64,000 nucleotides of DNA from contig NC_086097.1 in NCBI RefSeq assembly GCF_963921235.1, positions 127,412,001-127,476,000 on the forward strand, in the 5' to 3' direction. This stretch comes from Mobula hypostoma (taxonomy: Eukaryota). Shown here one piece after another: positions 50,939 to 64,000 of the stretch (within the stretch, counting starts at the first letter, position 1; the number at the start of each line of letters is the position of its first letter). Made by a program: the position numbers and the translations under genes. The notes beneath the pieces were generated by a model that saw only the letters and a program-made list of their open reading frames with translations, did no database searches and was not told the origin of the DNA.

Positions 50939-50944
50939 TTTATT
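50939..50944 (-). promoter_or_regulatory. Candidate polyadenylation signal (AATAAA) of BLOC1S5
   Basis: First minus-strand AATAAA I found downstream of the stop codon (about 360 nt). No clear GU-rich downstream element. Confidence 0.25.
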
Positions 50945-51304
50945 TCTTGTTCCAGTCCAACTTTTAAGTATCATTTTTCAATACCCATGTATCCATAATG
51001 AATATGTGCAATTAATGACAAAGCACTGCAGTTGGTGGTTGTAGGTTTTTATAGAAATAATGTCACATAGTGCTTGCATAGATGGTCTGTAATTGTATAC
51101 AAGTCTGCTGCTGCAGCGTGTTGGAGAACTTGCCGTATAATTTCCTTCAGCCACCATAAACACGACAGAAGTCAGTATTGCACCCATTCTTAAAGTAATT
51201 CGAGAATGGAATAACTTCACTTCACTTTCCTCTCTTGCCGTTTTCAGTTTTAGCATCGAGCACCAATCTCACATCCAAAAGGTGAGTCTGAGTTTGAGGA
51301 CCAC

Positions 51305-51478
51305 TCAGAACGTCTTGAACTTTGCCAAGTCCTTTTCCATTGCCGCGTACTGCTGAGTCAGCCAATCAGCTGCTTTTGTATGCTCCACCTCCACCTCGGC
51401 AGCTTTGTGGTGCTGCTCTTTCACAAAGGCCTCCCATTCAGCCTTGCGCCTCTCTCTACTGGCTTGCAGCCGGTCAGT
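51305..51478 (-). CDS. BLOC1S5: BLOC-1 subunit 5 (Muted), last coding exon
   Basis: Translates to TDRLQASRERRKAEWEAFVKEQHHKAAEVEVEHTKAADWLTQQYAAMEKDLAKFKTF*, which matches the vertebrate Muted C-terminus (..EQYAEMEKDLAKFSTF). Preceded on the minus strand by a polypyrimidine tract and acceptor (ttttcctttgcattgccttcAG|ACT). Phase 0. TGA at 51305-51307. Confidence 0.95.
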   Translation of the reverse strand, partial: TDRLQASRERRKAEWEAFVKEQHHKAAEVEVEHTKAADWLTQQYAAMEKDLAKFKTF

Positions 51479-52298
51479 CTGAAGGCAATGCAAAGGAAAA
51501 CATGCAATTAAGCAGATGCCAACAGGTCCCAATGTTACAGAGTGTCCTGACAGTTCATGAGCAAACATTCCTTTTATCAACCGTGCTTAAGGAACAATTT
51601 GTGATTTATTTGCTGTATAGTCAACTGCGTTCACCAGCCCTGCCAGGGTGTGAGACTATGTGCTGAGAGATGTACCTAATCAGTGCAGCCGTTGCAGAGT
51701 TTCTGTGCGAAAAGACTGAAGTCTGGCATTCAAGCATAGCTTAGCTACTAAGCTTGGCAGAACCATTTCTACAGATGTTGAAGCTGAGCAAAGGTGGGTA
51801 AAAGGTGGGTTAAAGGTGCCTTAAAACCAGTTGCTTTGAGCAAATGAGGCTTGTCAGCTATGGTTGGCAGCTCATCTAGAAGAAAAATTCTGATTTCAAA
51901 CCTCCACTGCTTTATGGGCATACCCACTCATCACACTTATTGGGAAGGCTTGAGGAGTAAACCCTGAGGAAAAATCTGGAGCTGGAGTCCCTAAGACAGT
52001 CCTATGTTGACTTCAATGCTAGCTGAGAACTCCTGTGATGCCAGTGGTGCCAAACTGTATCAGTCTCTGCCGTTCCTTTGGATTCATCAGCTGTGCAGAA
52101 AGGGAAAACCTGCTGCATGAGCAAAAGCCTGCTCTCCATATCGTACTGCCCTGACTCATGTAGACAGCTAGGACACAACATCTGTTATTGTCCCTAATCA
52201 GTAAAGGGCCTACCAATGGTACAATATATGCAAAGTGGGTATGCATTGCTTGTGATACTTTTTTTAAAAAAAGTATACCTTTCAAATTAATGCAAATA

Positions 52299-53285
52299 TA
52301 ATTGATTCTGGTTAATTGGGGCACATCGGGACAGGTATATTTTGGCCCAATTAAGCAGCTACCGCAATTAGCTTCATGGAAATAGTTTGAAAGGTATAAA
52401 AAAGACAAACTGAGAAACAAATTATGTGATGATGATGATGATAATGATGTCGACTCAGACCTGAGAGGCCGGGCCAGCATCGGGTATTTACATGCCTTAC
52501 AAGGCGCAGTTTGAAAGGCTGTGTGGGGCCACTCCTTGCACAGACATTTTGCAGTATTATTTTACGAGGCCGAGTTGCGAGCTCGACATCAACCCGGCGT
52601 GGATGGAGAGCGCACACAGGGGCAGTCTGTCACTGGATTGAACTCGGGAACCTCCGTTCTTGAGCCCGGCACTGATCTCACTGCACCACCAGCTGACCTA
52701 ACTATGTACTTAAATGAAATACAGAATAAATTAGCACATTATCAATGGTACTAAAGAGGAATTCATCAAGAGTCCGCAATGAACAAAATCAGTGTAGAAA
52801 CCTAGAGCAAATAATGGACTGGCCTCATGCAATGCTTTCAATGACTGCATCTCCCAAATCTTCATTTTTATTGTAACATTAAAGATGATTGTTGATACCT
52901 TAAAAATTCTTCATAGTTCCTAACTTGTCAAAGTGGTGAAATCATTTCATTTTCACTCTTGGCCATTGAAAATGCAGTAAGCAAAACAGTTCAGAATTAT
53001 CTTATTGATTATTTCTCGCTAACTATCAGTGACAAGAATCACTGCTTTTTGAACACAAGTACAGACAACTGACGCTACTTAAAAACTGTTCGTTCTAAGC
53101 ACCACGTAGCATCTAGCAGCCACACAAGTGATTGATGCTAGTTGGAACCTATTCAGTCTCCTGCCCCAATTAAGCAGCACAGCACCCCAAGTAAACAGAG
53201 GGAATCCTGGCAATGTTCCCAATTAATTTTTGTTCTTTAAGAGTTGTCCAGATTAACCGATAGTCTAATTAACTGGAATCTACTG
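52299..53285. mobile_element. Tigger-like non-autonomous DNA transposon in a BLOC1S5 intron
   Basis: Degenerate TIRs (t)aattgattctggttaattggg / ctaattaactggaatctactg, with subterminal cccaattaagcagc repeats. Confidence 0.65.
52426..52698 (-). mobile_element. tRNA-derived SINE with (CAT)n tail
   Basis: Minus-strand A box TGGTGCAGTG and B box GAGTTCAATCC. Tail appears as (GAT)n at 52426-52450. Confidence 0.7.
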
Positions 53286-54529
53286 CATCTTACTGACCCT
53301 GCTATAACTGTGAGTTGAAGGAACAGCAATCTACCACTGAAGGGCTCTGTATTATTGGATCACTATCGTCAGATGTAATGAGGTGCAGTGAATAGCTTTT
53401 ATTTTGTGTGCCATACGGATAGATGATGCAATACAAAATTATATCGAGGTACTGAAAAGAAAACAGAATGCAGAATCCAATATTCTAATTGCAGAGCAAG
53501 TGCAGTGCAGGTACACAAATAAAGTTCAAGGGTCACAATAAGGAAGCCTGGAAGATGAAGAGTTCATCTTCTCGAAAGGTTCATTCAAGAGCCTGAACAT
53601 TGGGACAGAAGATCTCCTCGAGACTGGTGGTTTGTGCTCTCAAACTTTTGTACTTTCTGCCTAATGGGAGAGGAGGAAAGAAAGAAAAACCGGGGTGTGA
53701 GGAGTTTCTGATTATGTTGGCAGCTTTCCTCAGACAGTGGCAAGTGTAAACAGAAGGGGTGCTTTGTTTGTATGACGGATTAATCTGTGTGGTTGGCTGG
53801 TTTGATAGAAACACAAGATTACTTTCTTGGTCACCAAGTTGTGCTTTGTTTAATTAAAATGGAGATAAGTCAGCTAAACTTGCGACATGTGGGGCAGGTT
53901 TTCTAATCAGTAGCCCAGAGATATACTGACAAATAATACAGAATCTACAGACAAAACATCAGAATTTATTCAGACTTCTATATTCTCTCTACTCCAATTT
54001 TACTTTGGAGTAAATCTTTAAAGATGGAACCAGGGCAGTAAAACTCCATATAAACACTGCATGCCCTCACCAGTTTATACATTTTTTTAAAATTAGAAAG
54101 CACGTCACTTTTGATAAGTTATTAAACATCAAAATAAATCAGTTTGGGAGACCCATATGACGTGAATAGTGTAATCTATCTGCAAGCTTTTTTCCCCCTT
54201 CTATTTTTCTTGTCACTTTGGACCACGATTACTAAGGCCTACATTGTATCAAAGGCTGAAACTAACGCAACTTAGAATCGAGAGACATTAATATAAAGTT
54301 GCACTCAAGCACGGTTAACCATGCCTTGCATTGCTGTTGTAGACATACAGCATGAAGAAAAATCCTCTTTGGCATAAATAGTCCACGCCAACCATTTATC
54401 TAAGCTAGCCCCATTTGCCCCATATCCCGCTAACCCTTTCCTATCCGTGTTGTTACAGTACAGGCCTCAACCACTTCTTCTGGCAGCTCATCCCACACAC
54501 ATTTTACCCAACAAAACAATGCTGGAAGA

Positions 54530-57500
54530 ATTCATCGGGTTAAGCTTTCACAAAGTGGAAAAGGATAGCTGAAGTGAACGTAGATCCTTTGGAAATTGAG
54601 AAAGTGGAATTAAAATTGGGTAAGGCGGAAATGGCTGTGTTGGTCTTCACGGTGGAGGACACATCTAACATGCCAAAGGAAGATGTTATGGACCTGCTGG
54701 GAGGTAGGACCTTGATGCAAATCTGTCACTAAAGAGGTAGTGCTGAGCAAACTAGCAGGTCTAAAGGTAGACAAGTCCCCTGCCCCCAATGGAATGCATC
54801 TCAATGTAGTGAAAGAAATGACAGAAATTATACTAGAGGCATTTGCCATCATTTGCCAAAAGTCACTTGTCTCTGGGCAGGTCCCAACAGATTGGACGAC
54901 AACAAATGTCACACCATTATTTTTTAAAAAGGAGGATGTAGGAAAAAGTACAAACTATAGGCAAGTCAGCTTAACACCTGCAGTTGGGAAAATGCTTGAA
55001 GCTATCATTAAGGAAGAAATAGTGAGACATCTAGATAGAAATTATTCCATCAGGCAGACACAGCGTGGATTCAGGAAGGGCAGGTCCTGTTTGACAAAAT
55101 GACTGGAATTGGAGGTAATGAACAGAGTGGATAGAGGGAAGCAGATGGACGCTGTATCCTTGGATTTCTAGAAGGCATTTGATAAGGTGCTGCATGAAAC
55201 AATTTTCTCATAAGGATGGATGGAGCTGGGTAACATATTAAGCATGGATAGAAGACTGAGTAACCAACGGAAGCATAAAGTTGGGGTAAAAAAGTTTTCT
55301 CTGGTTGGCAGTCAGTGCTCAGTGACATAGGGTTGGTGCTGGGTTCACAGCTGTTCACCATATACAGCTGCAAGAAAAGGTTTATAAACCTTTAGCAACT
55401 ACCTGGTTTTCTGAATTAATTACTCATAAAATGTGGTCTGATCTAAGTCACAATAATAGACAAGCACAATCTGCCTAAACTAATAACACACAAAAAATAT
55501 TTTTTTCATGTCTTTATTGAACACATTGTCTAATTGCTCACAGTCCAGGCAAGAAAAAGTACATGAATCCTTGTATTTAATAATTGGTAGAACCTCCTTT
55601 AGCAGCAATAACCTCCATCACATATTTCCTGTAGCCGCTGATCAGAATTGCACAACCGAGAGGAGAAATTTTAGATCGTTCCTCCATACAAAACTATTTC
55701 AGTTCATCAATATTTCTGGAATACCTTGCATGAACAGCCCTCTTCAGGTCATGCCATAGCATCACAATTGGGTTAAGGTCTGGACTCTGAGTTGGCCATG
55801 CCAAAACACAAATTTTCTTTCTTTTAAAATCATTCTGTTGTTGATTTACTCTTGTGTTTCGGATCATCGTCTTGTTGCATCATCCAACTTCTATTAAGCT
55901 TCAGGTGATGGACCACTAGCCTGACATTCTCCTGTAAAATGTCTTGATACAAATTTGAATTCATTGCTCCCTCAACAACTGCAAGCTGTCCCAGGCCCTG
56001 AGGCAGCAAAGCAGCCCCAAATCATGGTGCTCCTTCCACCATGCTTCACAGCTGGGATGAGGTTTTGGCATTGGTGTGCACTGCCCTTTTCCCTCCAAAC
56101 ATAGTGGTGTGCACTTCTGCCAAAATGTTTTGTCTCATCTGTCCACAGAACATTGTCTTATAAGCGTTGTGGAACATCTAAGTGGTCTTCTGTAAACCTG
56201 AGATTGCAGCAATTTTTTTTTGGAGAGCCGTGGTTTTCTCCTTAGAGTCCTTTCATGAACACTATTCTTGTGCAGTTTTTTTCTTATAGTGGACATATGA
56301 ACAGAAACTTTAAAAAGTTCTAGAGATTTCTGCAGGTCTTTTGCTGTTACCCTTGGGTTTTTCTTCATTTCCTTCAGCACTGCCGTTGTATCTTTGGTGT
56401 GATCTTTACAGGATACCCACTCCTAGGGAGAGTAGCAACAGCACTAAATTTCCTCCATTTGTAGACAATTTCTCTTACTGTGGACTCAAGTCTTCAGAAA
56501 TGCTTTTGTAGCATTTTCCAGCTTCATGCATCTTTACAATTCTTCTTCTAAGGTATCTGAATGTTGTTTTGATCGAGGCATGGTGCACACAGACAGATCT
56601 TTCTTGAGAAGAGCAGGCTTTCTCAGTAACCAGACTTTGTGTGCCTTTTTTTTATAGGGCAGGGCACCTCTACAATGCACACCTTCTAGCTCATCTAATT
56701 GCGTGGAACAACTGACTCCAAATGGCTTTTGTAGAAGGTATTACCCCAGAGGTTCACACTCTATTTTGAACCTAGACTGTGATTGTTTAAATGGTGTACT
56801 CAGTATTGACAAAAAGTAGTACAAATGTTTGTGTGCAACTTTTAGTTTAGGGAGATTGTGCTTGTCTATTATTGTAACTTAAATGAAGATCAGATCACAT
56901 TTTATGAGCAATTAACGCAGAAAACCAGTAATTGCAAAGGGTTCACAAACTTTCTTTCAACTGTGCATGTTAACCATTTGGAAGAGGGGACTGAGTGTAG
57001 TGATCTAAGTTTTCTGATGACACTAAATTGAGTGGAAAAGCAAACTGTGGAGGATGCAGAGAGATATAGATTGGTTAAGTGAGTGGGCGAGGGTGCGCCA
57101 GATGGAGTAAAATGTTGGTAAATGCGAGGTCATCCACGTTGGAAGGAGAAATAGAAGATCAGATTATTGAAAGCTCACAGGATGCTGTTGTGCAAAGGGA
57201 CTTGTGAATGCTTGGACATGAATTTCAAAAGGTTAGTTTGTGGGTGCAACACCTTATCAAAAAAAGATAAATTGAATATTGGTCATTGCTAAAGACTGAA
57301 GTTTTGCTGCAACTGTAAAAACTGGTGACGACACATCTGGAGAACTGTGTGCGGTCCTGGTCTCCTTACTTGAGGAAAAATTCACTGGCTTTGTTGCCAG
57401 TGCAGAGGATGCTCACCATGGTGATTCCAGAGATGAGGAGGTTAGCACATGATTGGAGATTGATTCACCTGGGACTATGCTCACTGGAATTCAGAAGAAT

Positions 57501-57810
57501 GAAGGGATCCTACAGCAACATATAAAATTATGAAAGGAATAAATAAGATAAAAGTGGGAAAGTTGTTTCCAATGGTAGGTGAGACCAGGGTTCGAGGGCA
57601 TAGTCTCAAGATTCAGGGGAGTGGATTTAGAGAGTAGTGAATATGTGGAATGCTCTACCCAGGGAAGCAGCAGATACTGCCTTATTAAATATACTTAAAA
57701 CACAGTTAGATAGATTTTTGCACTGTAGGTGATTAAGGGCTATGGGGAAAAGGCAGGTAAGTGGAGCTGGCTCCACAGCCAGATCAGCCATGATCTTATT
57801 GAATGGTGAA
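54530..57810 (+). mobile_element. CR1 LINE ORF2/3' fragment split by a Tc1 element
   Basis: LKVDKSPAPNGMH..NYRQVSLT..GFRKGRSCLT, resuming after 56965 with SDDTK and HLENCVRSWSPY. Confidence 0.85.
55365..56963 (-). mobile_element. Tc1-family DNA transposon, decayed, about 1.6 kb
   Basis: Long TIRs over 100 bp (CAGCTGCAAGAAAAGGTTTATAAACC.. / ..GGGTTCACAAACTTTCTTTCAACTG), TA at the left end. Transposase remnant KKNPRVTAKDLQKSL..VHMSTIRKKL on minus. Confidence 0.9.
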
Positions 57811-58107
57811 TGAGTCAGTCATTTAAAACTGAGGTGCCTGGAGATTTTCTCTCTCAAACTCTCTGGAAATCTCCGCTCCAAGGGTGATTGAACTCGGATC
57901 ATTTGATATATTTAAACAGATAAATATTTGAAAGATAGAGGAACTGAGGGGTTATGGAAACTGGCGCAGAAGAGGGATTGAGATCAGTCATGATCATATT
58001 CAATGGTGAGGTAAGCTTGTGGAGCCAAGAGGCCTGTTCCTACTCCCATTTTACCGTGTTCTTATGCTTAAACTTGGAGTGAGATTGCTTAGTTCTGTGG
58101 TACCGAC

Positions 58108-58166
58108 CTGGTCTGCCTCCTGTTCTTTCTGCTGGATCCTGTTTGCAATCTGGTTTGCAGTTTCCA
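58108..58166 (-). CDS. BLOC1S5: BLOC-1 subunit 5 (Muted), penultimate coding exon (59 bp)
   Basis: ctctttgtttttcAG|TG GAA ACT GCA AAC CAG ATT GCA AAC AGG ATC CAG CAG AAA GAA CAG GAG GCA GAC CAG|GTcggt gives xETANQIANRIQQKEQEADQ, similar to human LQAANDSVCRLQQREQERKK. It ends in phase 0 and joins the 51478 exon in frame. The ORF track did not report this frame. Confidence 0.9.
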
Positions 58167-59254
58167 CTGAAAAACAAAGAGTGTAAACCTTGTGAGCTTT
58201 CCCAAGTACCTACAGAAAGAGCTGCTCAGGATAGCAACATCCATCACCAAAGATCCCCACCATCTGGGCTGCACCATCACCTTGCAGTTATCATCAGACA
58301 GGGGGTACAGAAATCTGAAGTTCCACACCACCAGGTTCAAAAACAGCCATTTCTCTTCAAACGCTTGCTTCTCCGACCAACTCGCACAACCCTCAACACC
58401 ATCTAGAGCAACACCATGCACTTTGCACTACAATGGATTTTGTTTTTATTTCTTGTATAACTTATGCTTAATTTGTGTTTCTGATGCCATGTATCTGTTA
58501 TGCTACTGCAAGCAAGTTTTTCCATCGCACCAGGACATACATGTACTTGCGCACATGACAATAAAATCTACTTTGATTAGGGAGAAGCACTAGGAGTGAA
58601 ATTTCTGTTTGGCAGGACGCCACTGAAGTGAGAAATTCTCACTGAGTGATGGGACTGCTGAAAAGGGCTGTGACCAGAACATGAACCAAAACAGTACAGG
58701 TACAAGGACTGCAACCAGACACAACTTAGTCACTTGGGAGTTCCCCATTTGAACTAACTTTTTTCGCACATTACAGAACTGACAAGCTTCCAGTGATTTG
58801 CTGCATTTAGGACAGTATGTATCCTTTGTCACGTGGAGATGTGGCTTGTTTGCCAGTCGAAAGCCAATTCCCACCTGAAAGTTGCAGCCGCTCTTTTCCA
58901 CTAGTTCGTTGGCCAGCACCTAGTGTCTGGTTCCAAGTACCTCAGGGGTATAAAATTAGCATATGTGAGATGCTTGCTCCTTATCCCTCTGTCCCCAGGG
59001 TATGCACCACACATGCATTGGGAAAGTATGCTCCAGACTTAAAAGGCGGGTGCACTCTTAGCTGAGTATCTGTTTGCTGAATATTTAGCTTTGTCGTTTG
59101 TGTAACTTGGAACAAGTGTTTGGTCGAATTTTTTACGGTTTGTAAATAAATGATTAATATGCTTATTCATAATTAGTGTCTTCTGCCTCACCGACCAAAC
59201 CCGCAAACCTGCTTCCACATTACATCTGTGAAGCTGGGCAAAAAAAGGCCTCAT

Positions 59255-60375
59255 CACCAGAACATAAGAAATAGGAGCAGGAGTAGGCCAGCTGGCCCAT
59301 CTAGCTTGCACTGCCTTTCAATAAGATCATGACTGATCTGACCATGGACACATCTCCACCCACCTGCCTTTTCTCCATAACCCTTAATTTCCCTACTATG
59401 CAAAAATCTATCCAACCTTGTCTTAAATATACTTACTGAGGTAGCCTCCACTACTTCATTGGGCAGAGAATTCCACAGATTCACCATTCTTTGGGAAAGG
59501 CAGTTCCTCCCCATCTCCACCCTAAACTTATTCCCTCGGATTTTGAGGCTATGTCCCTAGTTCTAGTTTCACCTACCAGTGGAAACAACTTTCCTGCCTC
59601 TATCTATCCCTTTTATAATTTTATATGTTTCTACAAGATCTTCTCTCATCCTTTTGAATTCTAGTGAGTATAGTTCAGGCTACTCAAACCCTCCCCATAG
59701 TATAACCCACTCATCTCTGGAATGAACCTGGTGAACCTCCTCTACACTGCCTCCAAAGCCAGTATATACTTCAAGTAAGGAGACCAGAGCTGCACGCAGT
59801 ACTCCAGATGTGGCCTCACCAGTACTCTGCACAGTTGCCGCATAACCTCCCTGTTCTTAAATTCAATCCCTCTAGCAACAAAGGCCAACTTCCCACCATT
59901 TGCCTTGATAGAACATGAGAAACAGGAGCAGGAGTTGGCCACCTGGTCCATTGTGCCTGCTCCGCCATCAATAAAATTATGGCTGATCTGGCCATGGAAT
60001 CTCCACCTGCCTGCCTTTTCCCCATAACAGGACCCAGCTTTGCTGAATCCATGCTGCGTCTGCCTGATGGGTCCATTTCTTTCCCAGATGCCTTGCTATT
60101 TCTTCTTTAATGATAGCTTCAAGCATTTTCCCAACTACAGATGTTAAACTAACTGGTCGATAGCTACTCGCCTTTTGCCTACATTTTTTTGAACCGTGGC
60201 GTGACATTCACCTTCTTCCAATCTGCCAGGGCCTGCCCAGAATCCAGAGGATTTTGGTAAATGATCACCAAAGCCTCAACTAGATCCTCTGCCATTTCTT
60301 TCAGTACCCTGTTATGCATTAAAACAAGACCAGGGGACCCGTCTATCTATCTTTAGGCCCACAAGTTTGCTCAGT
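59255..60375 (-). mobile_element. CR1 LINE fragments
   Basis: SQRMVNLWNSLP, VLVRPHLEYCVQLWSPY and YRPVSLTSVVGKMLE. Confidence 0.85.
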
Positions 60376-60879
60376 GATAGTGATAGTTAGAACAGAGGTT
60401 GCTACCTAAAGGTCGGAAGTACAGTAGTTTTGGCTATAGGCCGTAGGCTGAGCTTAGAAAACCCTTTTTTGGAAAGAAGAGTTTGTTGGAATTCACAGTG
60501 CAGTGTCAAAGAGGTGCGGTGAGGGGGAGAAAGGGGACAAGTGGAGTGGGATGGGAAGTTCTATTTTGTGGCACCCACTCGATCCATCTATTTTGATACC
60601 AGAATGTTCACAAAGTCAGCTCTTCAGGGGCGCACAAAAGTGTCGGGCAACTTCTGTTTTCGAACTTTCTGCTGCATTCTGCTTGAACAAAGTGAACAGC
60701 AAAGGAACAGTTTGAGTATTACTGCTGAACTGGTCCAATGGTTTTTCAGGTGGTTCCAAAGAAGTTTTACTGTAAAGAGTTCATCAAATATCTTTCACAA
60801 AGGACAAAAGACAAGAGTTGATTCACTTAATGGTTCATTGGGTCAAATAATTGCCTTCCAAGAAAGCTCAAATTGTAGT

Positions 60880-63235
60880 CATAGAACACTATAGCACAGA
60901 AACTGACCCATCGACTCTGTGCTGAACTGTTATACTGCCTAGTTCCATCAACCTGCACCTAATCATAGCCCTCCATAACCCACCCATCCACCTTTCTCTT
61001 AAGTATTGAAACCCAACCCAGATTCTCCACTTCCACTGGCAGCTTGTTTCACACTCTCACCACTGTGAATGAAGAATTCTCCCTCGGGTTCCCCTTGAAT
61101 ATTTCACCTTTCACCCTTAGCCTATGACCACTAATTCTAGTCTCACCCAAATTCTCTCCGCACTCTTTCAATCTTATTGATCTTTCCTGTAGGTAGGTGA
61201 TCGGATCTACACATAATACTCTAAATTAAGGTTCACCAACATCTTATTCAACTTCAACATAACATCCCAACTTCTAAACTCAGTACTTTGATTTATGAAG
61301 GCCAATGTGCCAAAGCCTCTCTTTACGACATTATCTACCCGAGACACCATGTTAAAGCAATTATGAACCTGTATTCCCATATCCCTTTGTTCTACCCCAT
61401 TCCTCAGTGCCCTGTTCACTTGTAGTCCTACCCTAGTTTGTCCTCCCAAAGTGCAACAGCTTATAATTGTCTGCATTAAATTCCACCTGCCATTTTTCAG
61501 CCCATTTTGCCAGTTGGTCCATATCCTGCTGCAAACTTTGATAGTCTTCCTCACTGTCCACTATATCCCTAACCTCGTTGTCATCCACAAATTTGCTGAT
61601 CCAGTTAACCACATTATCATCTAGATCGTTGATATAGATGACAAACAACAGTGGACCCAGCACACCACCAGTCACAGGCCTCCAGTCTGAGAGGCAACCA
61701 TTTACAACCATTCTCTGACTTCTCCCATAAAGCCAATGTCGAGTACTATTTACTACTTCATCCTGAATGCAAAGCAACTGATCCTTCTTGACAGCCTCCC
61801 ACCTGGGACCTCATCAAAGCCTTGCTAATGTCTGTGTAGATAATATCCAATGCCTTTCCTTCATTAACTTTCCCAGTAATATCCTTAAAAGACTCTGTAA
61901 GATTGGTTCGACACAACACGTTGACTGCCCCTCATCAGGCTCTGTCTATCTAAATGCTTATAAATCTGGTTCTTTAGAATACCTTCCAATAATTTACCCA
62001 TTACAAATGTTTGGCTCAGCATCCTATAATTTGCTGGCTTATTCGAAGAGCCACTCTTGATCAACAGAACAGGTTTATCAATCCTCCAGTTCTCCAGCAC
62101 TTCGCTCATGGCTAAGGATATTTGAAATATCTCTGCTAGGGCCCTTGCAATTTCTGCATTAGTGTCCCACATGGCAAAAGGGAGACCTTGTCAGGCTCTG
62201 GGGATTTATCCACCCTAACGTGCTTCAAGACAGCAAGCACCTCCTCTGTAATCTATATATGGTCCAAGATCTCACTGCTGTTTTGCCTCAGTCTATCGAC
62301 TCTGCGTCTGTCTCCCCGGCAAATAGAGATGCACAAATCTATTTATGATCTCCTCAGCTGTTTCGGTTCTATGAAGAGATGACCACATTTTTCTTCACGA
62401 GGACCAATTTTTCCCTTGCTATCCTTTTCCTTATAGTATCTCCAGAAACCCTTAGATTCTCCTCCACCTTGTCTGCCAGAGCAACCTCAAACCTTCTTTT
62501 ATCCCTCCTGATTTCCCTCTTAAGTCTTCTCTTGCTTTTCTTATACTCAAATACCTCATTTATTCCTGCCTGCCCATACCCGCTATGCACCTCCTTCTTT
62601 TCCTTAACCAGGGCCTTAATATCTCTTGAAAACCAAGGTTTCCAAAACCCGTTTGGCTTTCCTTTTATTCTAACAAGAACATGCAAACTCTGTACTCTCA
62701 AAATTTCACTTTTGAAGGCATCCTACTTACCAATTATGCCTTTTCCAGAAAACAACCGGTCCCAATCTTTGGTCTTTCGCCAGTTTAGAATCTCAACCTG
62801 AGGACCAGACCACTCCTCCCTAATTACCTTAAAACTAATGGAATTATGATCACTAGACCCAAAGTGTCTCCTTACAAAGCGTCTTCTGTCACTTGTCCTG
62901 CCTTGTTCCCTAACATTGATCCAGTATCACACTTTTTGTAGTTGGGACCTACATTCTGTCCCGGCTAAGAGCTGTGTGACATTTTCTTTGACTAGTAATG
63001 CTACACCCACCACCCCCGCCCAACCCCTCCAGGCTAACATGTCTAAAACAATGGAGCCCAAAAACACTGAGCTGCCGGTCCTACCCCTCCGACAACCAAG
63101 TCTCAGTAATGGCTACAATGTCATAATTCCACGTGCTGAGCCATGCTCTAAGCACATCCGCCTTACCTACAGAACTCTTGGCATTGAAATAGACACAGCT
63201 CAGAACATTATTCCTATCCTGCTCAACTTTTGACT
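60880..63235 (-). mobile_element. CR1 LINE ORF2 remnant (APE to RT)
   Basis: YFNAKSSVGK..YDIVAITETWL (APE), KPWFSRDI, VLGPLLFVIYINDLD..KFVDD. Confidence 0.85.
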
Positions 63236-64000
63236 CAAACAACAGGAATTCTGCCGATGCTGGAAATTCAAGCAACATACATCAAAGTTGCTGGTGAACG
63301 CAGCAGGCCAAGCAGCATCTATAGGAAGAGGTGCAGTTGACGTTTCAGGCCGAGACCCTTCGTCAGGACTAACTGAAGGAAGAGTGAGTAAGGGATTTGA
63401 AAGTTGGAGGGGGAGGGGGAGATCCAAAATGATAGGAGAAGACAGGAGGGGGAGGGATAGAGCCGAGAGCTGGACAGGTGATAGGCAAAAGGGGATACGA
63501 GAGGATCATGGGACAGGAGGTCCGAGAAGAAAGACAAGGGGGGGGGGTTGACCCAGAGGATGGGCAAGAGGTATATTCAGAGGGACAGAGGGAGAAAAAG
63601 GAGAGTGAGAGAAAGAATGTGTGCATAAAAATGAGTAACAGATGGGGTACGAGGGGGAGGTGGGGCCTTAGCGGAAGTTAGAGAAGTCGATGTTCATGCC
63701 ATCAGGTTGGAGGCTACCCAGACGGAATATAAGGTGTTGTTCCTCCAACCTGAGTGTGGCTTCATCTTTACAGTAGAGGAGGCCGTGGATAGACATGTCA
63801 GAATGGGAATGGGATGTGGAATTAAAATGTGTGGCCACTGGGAGATCCTGCTTTCTCTGGCGGATAGAGCGTAGATGTTCAACAAAGCGGTCTCCCAGTC
63901 TGCGTTGGGTCTCACCAATATATAAAAGGCCACATCGGGAGCACCGGACGCAGTATGTCACCCCAGACGACTCACAGGTGAAGTGATGCCTCACCTGGAA
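63236..64000 (-). mobile_element. Penelope-like element 3' end (runs off the window)
   Basis: GIY-YIG ORF 63668-63994, nearly identical to the copy at 23.8-24.6 kb. Hammerhead at 63335-63370. Confidence 0.95.

Noticed and set aside
60541..60894. Upstream BLOC1S5 exon, or the 117-aa ORF as a gene
   Set aside because: The part of the minus strand I read showed no Muted-like sequence or exon boundaries, and the plus ORF resembles nothing I recognise. Earlier exons probably lie beyond the window.

Overview
Repeat-dense vertebrate genomic DNA. The repeat content (V-SINE/HE1-type SINEs, CR1 LINEs, Penelope elements) suggests a cartilaginous fish, probably a ray; this is inferred. The only host gene recognised is the 3' end of BLOC1S5 (Muted) on the minus strand: a 59-bp exon at 58108-58166 and the last coding exon at 51305-51478. 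The rest is mostly transposon debris: an ERV env fragment with a probable LTR, many CR1/L2/RTE fragments, an R4/Dong-type fragment in (TAA)n, Tc1 and pogo/Tigger elements, and a decayed hAT-Charlie transposon (about 22.6-32.9 kb) carrying nested insertions. Main findings: (1) a tandem HERO-like restriction-endonuclease non-LTR retrotransposon (3550-bp period) whose ORF end carries a complete hammerhead ribozyme core in a scrambled, non-circularly permuted, pseudoknotted order, followed by a structured leader with repeated GARAGA-loop hairpins; (2) minimal hammerheads in three young Penelope copies, plus palindromic Penelope-end derivatives; (3) a 1-kb Tigger-like DNA transposon that carries the ITS2-28S rRNA junction. 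All RNA structures were paired by eye and are untested.
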